A stretch of DNA of 64,000 nucleotides, from positions 17,535 to 81,534 of IMG/VR virus record IMGVR_UViG_3300020472_000016. One strand, given 5' to 3'. The notes under the pieces are model-generated. The model was given only the letters and a program-made list of their open reading frames with translations, was not told the origin of the DNA and ran no database searches. Shown here in pieces: positions 30,701-42,700 of the stretch; the first letter of the stretch is position 1; every line of letters begins with the position of its first letter. The stretch is from a virus. The translations under genes and the position numbers were made by a program.

Positions 30701-33700
30701 TGATGGTATTACATCAAGTACTTACTCAATTACTGGTGCATCATATCTTCCTGCTAAGGGAACTTTAAATCTTACCATTGCTAATCATGGATTCTCGAAT
30801 GGTGAGATGATCAAGATTGCTGATAATTCATTAACCTTCACTTGCACGAACGATAATAATGCTACAAACCATACTTATCCAAGAACAACTGATCCAGCAA
30901 GTTATCAGTGGTTACCTATTTCAGTAGTTGATAATAATACTATTGGTGTTCAGATTGGTGTTTCTACTGATATTTCAGTTCACACCTTTGTAAGTGCAAC
31001 TTCTAATAATATTACGAAACAAGATGGTGGTGTTATCGTTGTTAATGTACTAAACAGTTCTCCTTCTACTAACACTACTTTACACACCTTTGTACGTGGT
31101 GAAGATGCCATTATCACTGGTGGTGACTATGCTCACACCTTTGTAAGTGCAGTATCTAACTCCTTCACTGTATATCCAGCGAAGGCAAGATTAACTTCAC
31201 TCGATAAGCGTAGTGGAAGTAACTCTCTAGTATTAGAATCAAATGCATATCTTACTCATGATCTATCTGATGTAAATGCATTTGGTTCTAGCAACTTTAC
31301 TGTAGAGATGTGGATCAAGGCCAAGGCAGTAACTGGTGGACAGTATTTGTTCGACTTCCGTACAAGTGGACTTAGTGAGACTGGATCTTTAAGTCTATAT
31401 CTTGATGGTGGTAGTATCAAACTTGCTTACGATAGTGCTGATGTTATTAGTGGTTCTCATGGAATCAGTGCTGGTACATGGACTCACGTAGCAGTATCTA
31501 AGACTTCTGGTATTACTAAGGTATGGGTTGGTGGTGTTCAGGTTGGAACAGACTACAGTGACAGCAACACTTATTATGAAAGAAAGATAACCATTGGTGC
31601 TGCTCAAGATGGTGCCAACTTCTATCAAGGTCATATTGATAATTTTATTATTACTAAGGGAGTATCTAAGTATCAAGCATCATTCACTCCTCCTGTCATC
31701 TTTACTACTAATGATGATATATCATTCTCTATGAGTAATGAGCATCCTATCATTATGAGTGATAAGGATAGTTATGCAACCTTCACTGGTACTACAAACT
31801 CTGCTGCTGCAGCCAAGAAGGTCAATTACGCTAATAAAGAAATAATTGTTGAGGATGTTCAGCTCTCTAGAGATGAGCATCGTAGAGCTGCTGATATGCT
31901 CGAACTTAACAGAGCATGGATTGCCGAAACAGCAGTTAATAAGATGAAGGCTAAGTATCCTGACCTCTTGATGCCAGGTGATACTGCTGATGGTATTGGT
32001 CCACAACAGGGTACTACATTCTGTTTAAGGGATACACAAGAGTTTATCCTTAAAGGTATCATAGATGATATCCGTTATGGTGGTAACTATAACAGTACAA
32101 TTGCTGCTAGATCTTACTTAACTGCTTATGAAGGTCTTGAGCATATTGCTAATGAAGTACTTCAGTCGATTTACACATATAGAGAATTAGCACCTATCTG
32201 TAACTATGTTCTAACAACTACAAGTACAGATCTTGAGAACTATGGTGTTGATGGTGATGGTAATCCTATCAAGTACACTGACATTCTTCGCATACCTAAC
32301 AACTTCTCTTCACCTATAGCTCAGACTATTCAGGATGAGATTGTAGCACTTGGAGATGAGATTGGTGACATCATTGGACCTACTGGACAGAGGTTCAGAG
32401 ATGCTGGTGATATGATCTGGAAGAACCGTGATGTAATTGCAAACGAAGCAGTAGGTTGGTTGGAAGCAACTTATCAGAAAGATATTAATGGTACTGTTTA
32501 TGACTTCTATACAAACCCCAATGCGAACGCTAATAAGTGCACCCATGAGATCAAGACTTATATACTTCCAGCTATCGTTGCTGACTTGGTTACTGGTGGT
32601 AATTCTGGAATACGGAACGTTACCGCCAAGTTCCTAAATGCGAATGGCGAACTCTATTCTGTTGATAATGAGTTAAGTGCTGTATTGGATGTATATGAGT
32701 ATGTTGGTAAACTTTGTAAGCATGCAATCAATAACACTCTAGTAACTAAGGGTAGTACTGCTGCTGAACTTGGTGTACCATCTGAGTATCAAGATGATTA
32801 TCATGTTAACGAGTATACCGAACTGACTGTATACAGAGATGATACCATTACTATTGACTCTGAAGGTTACAATGCTTTCAGAACTTCTAACGATAGACTG
32901 TTAGATGCTGCAGATATGCTTGAGCGTAATGCTAATGTCATTGCTTGGGAAGCAGTTCATACCATGAATGATCTATCGAAGTATCTTAACTTCGGTGTTC
33001 CTGATGGTGCACAGAATTGTGTAGATGATGTTCTCGATGTATTAGGTGCTGTTGTTCATGATATAAGAAAAGGTGGTAACTCTAAGACTTGGGATGCTGC
33101 TAGTCTCTATCTTAATAAAGAAGATAAGTCTCTTATCCAGTTAAATGGTCGTCAACACACTCATCAGTATGTAAGATCAGAACTTGACGCTATTTACACT
33201 GGTGGTAACTACGATCATACCTTCGTTACTGCTGCTACTAACGCTGTAGTAGATGATGGAAGTAATAATTTCACTCCAACTAACGTAGTTTACACTCCTG
33301 GAGACGGTAAGTTAGTTATTACCATGCCTAATCATGGATTAGCTACATCAAATACTATTACTATTGCAGAAGAATCACTAACATTCACCTGCTCAATGGA
33401 TGAGCATGCTTCGAAGCACAAGTATCCAAGAAAAGGTGACCCTGCATACGGTAAATCTATTGCTATTCTTGAGACTACAATCTCCACAATCACTGTTAAC
33501 GTTGGTGCTTCACCAATAGTTAACTATAATGTCTCCAATGCTGACTATAACGCAGTAACTGGTGATCTAACAATGAACGTTGGTGCTCATACATTGCAAC
33601 CTGGTACTTCTATTAGGTTCAGAGATGGTGCTTTAACCTTCAGTTGTGATAGAGATGACTATGCTACAGAGCATTCTTATCCTCGTATTAGTGATCCTGT

Positions 33701-36700
33701 ATATAATACCTCTGTAAATGTCTCTAGTGTTGGTACAACCACATCTACACCTACCGATGCATCATACGATACATCAACAGGTATTGTAACGATCACTCAG
33801 AATGGTCATGGATTCACTGGTGAGACTACAGCAAGTACTTCTGATGCTGCTTACAATCCTAATACTGGTATAATGACCATTACATCCAATGGTCATGGAT
33901 TTGCTGCTGGTGATAGCGTTAAGATTGCTGGAAATTCACTAACATTCACATGTGGTTTTGACGGTGACCTCTCTAACCACACATATCCAAGGTCAACTGA
34001 CCCTGCATACAATTCTTGGTTACCTGTACTTAACGTAACTACAAATACATTTGATGTTCAGGTACTAAAAGAGATTCCATCTACTAATGTTACCGTTCAT
34101 ACCTTCGTTTCTGCTACTGCTAGTAACATAACCAAGGCAAATGACTATGTAATGATCGATGAGAATGCATTATCAATGAGTTGTGATACTGGATCTGGTG
34201 CTCAGACTAAGACTTATCCAAGACCACAGGATCCTGCATACAAAGCATGGTTACCAATATCAAATGTACAGTTAAACACCTTTGATATACAAGTATTATC
34301 AACAGTACCATCTACAAATACAAATGCTCATACATTTGTGTCATTTGCATCTAATGGACTGTCTAGACAGACTGGTAATATTACAGTTAATGTCGGTGTA
34401 GCACCTGGCGAAGACGCTGCTGCTATTAGTGTTCTTAAACTTGCTACTGAGATGGCAATAATGACCATGCGTAATGCATTTGGTCGTGAGAATCTCTATA
34501 TCTTCGACCCAGAACCTGACCCTGACGGTGATACTACACCTGCAGGTGGTGATGAGTCTATTGATAACGTTGATGTTGAGTCTTATGAGCGTAATGCTGT
34601 TAAGGATAGGTTCATTAACGCTGCTGATCTCATCGAAAGAAACATTCGTTTGATTGCTGAAGAGTCTATTGCTGCTGCTTTAGTACAATATCCTTCACTC
34701 AACATTCCTGGTGGTAACATCAACTGTGTTCATGACTTAACTGACTTCTTGGATTCTATGGTTTGGAACCTCCGTCATGGTGGTAACAACAAGGTCTTCC
34801 ATGCTGCTGAATACTATGTCAATGAAGGTCTGACACATAACACTGAAGCAACTTGGATCACTAATTACGCCAGAGATCTCGCCATCCAGGTGATGAGGAA
34901 CGAATCTCTTGCACTTAACTATGGTAGAGACCCTGCATTTGATACTGCTGTACCTATTGTATCTGTTGCCTCTACTCAACACACTGCTACTGATGCTTCT
35001 TACGATGCTGGTACTGGTTTACTGACTTTAACAGTAGCTGGTCATGGTTTTGCAGAGGGTAATAGAGTCAATATTGCTGACAATTCATTGACATTTACCT
35101 GCTCAATGGACGGAAATTACAGTAATCACACCTATCCTAGACTCTCTGATCCTGTAAGTAACCAGTGGTTACCAATTATTTCTACATCTACTGACACATT
35201 CACAGTCAATGTTGGAGTATCAAGGATCAAGAAATTTACTCCCACAGCAATTAGTTACGAGCCGAACACTGGTAACCTCATAATGACTGTGGGAGTTCAC
35301 GACCTTGCGGTTGGAACTAACCTAAAAATCGAACCTAATTCACTCACATTTACTTGTGCAATGGATAATGGTGCTACTAATCACACCTATCCAAGAATTA
35401 CTGACCCAGTACATGACGAGCCAATTGAGATCGTAGGTGTAACTGAAACTACTGTTACTGTTAACGTTGGTACTACTGGCATCACAAACTTTGATATACA
35501 TGATGCTGAGTTTAATCCTACTAGTGGTCAACTTGATATCAATATTGGTGCTCACACCTTTAGAGAAGGAGAGAGTGTTAAGTTAGGTACTAATGCATTA
35601 ACCTTTACTTGTGCAATGGACAGTCATGCGACTGACCATGCATATCCTCGTGCTTCTGGTCCTGGTGGTCCTGATGCAGGATATAATACTTCCATATCAA
35701 TCGATAAGATTGGTTTAGACACCTATGATATAACCAATGCTGGATATAATCCAACAACAGGTGTTATGACAGTGACTATTCCTAGTCATGGATTTAAAGG
35801 AAGAACTACTCATACTCCAACTGGTGTAGAATACACACCTGCAACTGGTAAGATGATTATCAGTCTTGCTAATCATGGATTCCAGAATGATGACAGAGTT
35901 AAGATTGGTCAAAATGGTTTAGTATTCACATGTGGTATGGATGGACATACAACCAACCATGCTTATCCTAGAAATTATAATTCTTCTGCTCCTGGTGGAG
36001 AAGACTATGCATATGACAAGTGGTTACACGTTACTAATGTAACTCAGAACACATTTGAGGTTAACGTTGGTGTATCTTCTAATCAGACTGAGCATACATT
36101 TGTCAATTCAGTAACTAACTGTTTGACTCATGCTGGTGATCACGTTAAGGTCTGCACTAAGGCTATTGGATTTAAGTGTACTAAGGATGGTAACTCCACT
36201 ACTCACTCATATCCAAGACAGTCCGACCCATCATATGATGAGTGGTTACCTGTTACTAACGCAGGCACAGATACATTTGACATCTTTGTTGGATTCTCTG
36301 GTCCTAATGACAACTATACTCACACCTTTGCTGCTAATACTGATTTAACACCTACTAACGCTGCTTACGATCCTAATAGTGGTAAGATGACTCTTACCGT
36401 TAACGATCACGGTATGCAGAATGGTGATACCATTTGGATCGAAGACGGTGCTGTAACCTTTAGATGTGGTGAAGATAGTCAGAGTTCAGACCACGCATAT
36501 CCAAGAAATATTACTGATACATTTACTATCACTGGTGCAACATATGATGCTGCTGCTGGTGTTATGGAATGTACTGTTGCCAACCATGGATTTGGTAATG
36601 GTGCGATGGTTAAGTTTGCACCTGGGTCTATCAAGTTCACTTGCTCGATGGATAATTATGATACTACTCATGCTTATCCAAGACATGACGATCCTATCGC

Positions 36701-39700
36701 TGACAAGTGGATTCCTGTATTTAATGTAGAGACAAATACTTTCCAAGTTCGTGTTGGACAATCAATAGAGAAGCAATGGACTCCTAGTGCTGCTGCTTAC
36801 TCACCAACAACAGGTGTTATGGATCTGACTATTGGTGCTCATAATTTCCGTGCTGGTGCATCATTAACACCTTCTAACGCTGACTATAACCCAACATCAG
36901 GTATCATGAGATTGACCATTGCTGGTCATAACATTGCTGAAGGTGAGCATATTAAGATTGCTGATAATGCACTGACATTCACATGTACATTAGATGGTGG
37001 TAGTGCACAGAAGACATATCCAAGACCTTCTACTATTAGTCACACAGCAACTACTGGTACTACACATGATCCTTCTACAGGTATCTTACATATCAATACT
37101 ACGTCTGCACATGACCTAACCAATGGAGATTGGGTTAAGTTTGCTGACAACTCCTTGACATTTACTTGTGGTTTAGATGGAGATCAAACCAACCATTCTT
37201 ATCCTAGGGCAGATGACCCAATGAGCGGTAAGTGGGTACAGATTTCTAATGCTACTGCTAGTGGATTTGATGTACAAGTTCTAAACTCAATACCTCAGTC
37301 TAATACTTCTACTCACGTATTCGTATCTGCTACATCTAATGGTATCCAAACTAGAGACCCCTTCAGTGGTCGTTGGATGGAAGTTAGAGAAGTTGGTACA
37401 GATTGGATTGATGTTAAAGTTCTAACTACTGCACCTTCTACTAATACTAATCCACACACCTTCATAAGTGCTGCTGCTAATTGTATCCAGACATCTGGTG
37501 ACTCTGTAAGAATCTCTGCAAACTCTATTACCTTCACATGTAATAAGGACAGCAATGCTACTCAGCACACATACCCAAGAGCAGCAATGAATGCTGCTGG
37601 TGGTGCTGACCCAGTATATAACGGTGCTGCTAAGATTGTTGCTGTTACTGATACTACTATCAGTGTATGGGTTGGTACTTCTGCTAACACTACATCGCAC
37701 TCCTTTGTTTCTGCTGCTGCTAATGCAGTTAGATCTGGTGGTACATATACACACAACTTTGCATCTGCTGATGCTAATGGTCTTTCACAACAACGTGACT
37801 GGGCACATAACAACTACATTCCAATTTCCGATGTAACTACTAACACATTTAGTGTACAGTTACTACAGAAGATTCCTTCTACTAATACTACTACACACGT
37901 ATTCCAGTCTGCTGCTTCTAATAGCATTCATAGAGGTGTTATACAGAAACAAAATGGATGGATCCAACTTAATGTTGGTACTTCATCTAATACTTCATGG
38001 CATGGATTTAAGTTCGCTGATTCTGGTGCTCTGATAAGTGGTGGTTACTATGATCACTCATTTATATCTGCATCTACAGGTGCTGTACATACAGGTGGTG
38101 ACTATATTCACGACTTTGTATCTGCTGTCACTAATGGTATTACCAGACAGAATCCTTCAGGTATAGTAACACTTGATATTGGTGCTTCTGGACCTAATGA
38201 TCAGTATACTCATACCTTCGTATCTGCTGCTAACGGCGCATTGATTACTGGTGGTAACTATGCTCACAAGTTTGTATCTGCTACAGACCGTGCATTGGTA
38301 AGTGGTGGTAATTATGAGCACACATTTGTATCTGCTGCATCTAACTCAGTTAATGTAACTGGTGGATCTCAGTTAACTCCAACTAATGCTGCTTATGATC
38401 CTCTAACTGGTCATCTAACATTGACCTTTGGTTCTGCTCATGGGTTGACTGCTAACATCAATACAGTCACAATTGATAACAACGCAATACAGTTCTCTTG
38501 TGAATTTGATGGTAATTCATCCACTCATGGATATCCAAGATCAACTGATCCTGCTTCGGGTACAACTTTAACTATAATTTCTAACACAACAGATACTATT
38601 ACTGTTAATATTGGATCCACTCCTGAGGTTAACTTTAACGTAACCGACGCTACCTATGATGCTGGTACAGGTAACCTAACACTTGATATTGGGTCTAATA
38701 GTCTACAAGGTCCTACACTTGGTTTAACACCTACTGATGCCGCTTACAACCCCACTACAGGTATCATTACACTTACTATCAACGGTCATGGATTCGCTAA
38801 CGGTGAATACATTAAGATTGCTGATAATGGATTAACTTTCACTTGTACTCAAGGTGGTGGCAACCACTCATATCCAAGAGTTACTGACCCTGCATCTGGT
38901 AAGTGGTTAACAATTTCTAATGTACAGACAAATACATTTGATGTACAGGTATTAGATACAGTTCCTTCCACCAACACAACAACTCATACACTGGTTAGCA
39001 TTGCTAATGGTTGCGTTGATAAGGCAGGTGAATCTGTCATGGTTAGACCTAATTCTTTGACCTTCACATGTCAACAGGATAACTACTCTACTAACCATAC
39101 ATATCCTCGTGCTAAGGATCCATCATTCGATAGACCTATTCCTATTGTTGGTAAGTCTGGTCAGACTATTACTATCGATGTTGGTAACTCTGCCATCGTT
39201 ACATATACTCCAACAAATGCAACATATGATGCTGCAACTGGATATCTAGCAGTAACAATTGGTGCACACGGATTGTCAACAGGAACTACTGTTAAGTTGG
39301 CACCTAACTCCTTTACATTCACATGTACAAGAGACGGCAATACTGCTCAGAAGACATATCCTAGAGGTGGTCATACCTTCGCTCAGAAGTTCTATGCTGA
39401 TCTTGACTTCTATCCTTACAATCAAGGTGAATATGTAATCACTGCTGATACTGCTAATCCTAAGTGTGCTGACGTAGCATCTGCTATTACATCCTTGATG
39501 GGTCTGTATACTGATGCTATTGCTACACCTGCAAGTCTAACTGACGGTACTATTAGTAAGACTCTACCAAATATTTGGCCAGTTAAGTACGCTTCAGAAA
39601 TGGTAATGCGTGATGTTAGTGTCACCTTCGATCAGAATGGTGCTACTACTGGTGATTGGAATACTACTTGTGTTGGTGTTGCAGATAAGATCGAAGGATT

Positions 39701-42700
39701 GATGGATATTGTCATCAATACTATAGAACTTGCATCTGGTGGTGGTGGTAGTCACTTAGATGCTGTAGAACGTGAAGTTCCATGGAGATTTAACAACAAC
39801 TATCAGTTCTATACATGCTATAACGTAACATCAGCAACTGACACACTCTTTGATGTATTGTTAAGTACTCTTGGTGGTGGTTCTAAATCTGATAAGCATT
39901 GTGCACGTCACATACTCTTTAATTATCATGCTATTACTGCTAAGGCATTTGAGAGAACTCAAAATAACCATCCAGATACTACAGCAGATATAACATTTGC
40001 TGAGAATATGGTAAAGGCTTTGATGTACGACCTGAATACAGGTGGTAACCAAGGTATGCTGAAGTTAGCTAACTCTTGGTTCGATGGTGAAGGTAACTTC
40101 ATAGCATTCGGGAATATCGTTAGACAGCACTTACTCTTCTATGTTACACGTATACGTGAGTATGTTAAACGTGGTTTATATGACTACAACAATGATACAC
40201 AGTGGGCAGGATATGATCTATATCTAGAACCATCCAATACTGCTGCTATTAATAATAGATTTGAGTATGAGAAGGAATCTACAGAATTTACAATTGATAG
40301 TTCTATCAACCTTGCATTCCATGCACTGAATAGATCTCAAGCACCTTCCACTAATAAGATTGATTATATCAATAGTGATAATATCACTAACATGACTAAT
40401 GTATATGATGAAGGTGAAGATTATAATACTGATCCAGAATTGATCCTATTGACTCCAACTATTGAGGTTGGATTTGAGAGAAGAGAGAACACTGTAACAG
40501 TACATAAACCTAACTTCTTCTCACGTGGTGATGTCCTTGCATACGTTCCTGCTTCTCAGGATTTGGATCCTAATTTACAGGATCAGGAATACTATTATGT
40601 CCTTAATGCTGAGGCAGATTACTTCGAAGTTACTCGTGAGAAGCGTCATGATGCAAGATATAGACAGTTTGCATTCGATCAATCTTTAAAAGGTCAGCAA
40701 AGATTGCAGACAGTTGTACGTACTGGTATCAATATGCCAGCAATGGTTTCACCTGTAAGGGATAACGCTCAACCAATTAGTGCTGGATTTAACACTGCTG
40801 ATTATCTAGTTGGATCTACTTCTAATGCTTCTTCTGAGGTTGTTCGTACAATGAACAATGAAGCAGATATCATTAAACTCTATAAGAAGTTTAATATAGA
40901 CGCAGCAACTGGTAGGTTTACTAATGGTGAGACCATACAAGTACAGGGTGCAACAGCTAATAACGGTATTGTTGTTCAGACTTCTGCGTTAACAGGTGAT
41001 CAGAGCAATGAAGGGTGGATATATGTTGAGGATATGAATGGAACATTCTCTGATAATGATGTATTAGAGGGTGTAACTAGTGGAATCACTAATGCTGTTA
41101 ATGGTACTAGTGTTGAGCGTATGCTAATTAACACCTCTAGAGGTGCATTTAAGCAAGATGAGAAGATCTTTAACAAAGGTAATAGTGCTGAGGCAGACAT
41201 CGTTAAGTATGAAAACTCTGCTGGTGCTCTTGTAGGTAACAGTGGTGGACGTATTACTATCGATATCGAAACTATCCAAGATGACTTTACTGATGGTGAC
41301 GTTATCTATGGTTCTATAACTGATAAGATCCTTGATATAGCATATATCACTGCTACTGGATTCGAAGAACTAACTCTTAACCAGTACGTACATGCAGAAT
41401 CTCAGGTAGAATGTGATGTAAATAACATCATTCGTGATGGTGGATATGCAGGAAACTTTACTGCTGGTGATGTAGTTTATCTCCTCGCAGGTACTACCAT
41501 TAAGCAACCAGGATTCACTGCTGTTGTCACTAAGTATCAAGCATTTGATGATAGTGTTACTCCTAACATCCCACATAAGATTTGGATTGCAAACCTCAGA
41601 CCATATGGAACTAACTCTCAAGGTGAGGTAGTTACACCTGATCCTCAGGAGTTAGCCTCTGGTGGTACTGCAATTGGTAAGTTTGAGAACCTCAATAACT
41701 TCCCAATTATCCTCGCTGAGATGAGTAGTGTAACAGTCACTAACTACAATTCTTACGGTAGGGTTTCTGGTAAGGATATTACTGGTGACACAGGTAGGAT
41801 TTGGTTGGAAGATGTTGTAGGAGATTTCCCAAGCAATATCACAATTAAGTCTGATGCTGGTTGGTACGCTGGTGTTACTCAATCTAAGGGTCTAGTTGGA
41901 CGTTGTAACAGATTCTTTAGAGGATTTGATGGTACACAAACATCCTTTAAACTTACTACAAATAACGGAGAAGCATACTTCCCAGATCCTGCTGGACACC
42001 TATTGGTATTCACTAATGGTGTTCTACAACCTCCAGGTGGTACACAAGCATACACAGCATTCTCTGATCAGATTCAGTTCACTGAACCTCCAACAATCGG
42101 TTCTGAGTTCATCGGATACTACGTTGGTAAACTTAGACAGTTGGATGATATCAGCTTTGAGTTTGACTCGTTACGTTCATCCTTTAACCTCAGGTACGCT
42201 GGTGGATTCTACTCCTTGACACTGACTGAAGGTGTTTCTTCTAGCACTATACTTCCAGAAAACAACATTGTTGTTTCTCTGAATGGTGTTATTCAGGAAC
42301 CTGGAGTTGGTTATGAACTGGTTGGTTCACGTATCATCTTCGCTGAAGTTCCTCGTGCGGGATCAACATTCGTTGCATTCTCCTATATTGGTTCTGACGC
42401 AGACGTTATTGCTGCTACAGTCGTACCTCCAATTGAGGCAGGAGACTTATTACAAATTGATGGAGAAGGAGAGAATCGTGAAGTTGCTCTAATTGAGTCT
42501 TCTAACTCTTTGATTACCTTCGAGTACACAGGAACTGTTAAGGGTCGTGGTGCTGCAGCACTTGCTCAGATAACCTCTGGTGAAATGACAACAGCAATTA
42601 TCACCTCTCCTGGTGATGGTTACTCTTCACGTCCAAACGTTGATGTTATATCATCTTCTGGATTTGATGGTCGTGTTCGTGCTCTAATGGGTCTCTTGAG

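Noticed and set aside
29310-39390. CRISPR array or assembly artefact as the cause of the repeats
   Set aside because: Repeats are protein-level, in frame and highly diverged in DNA; no identical spaced direct repeats
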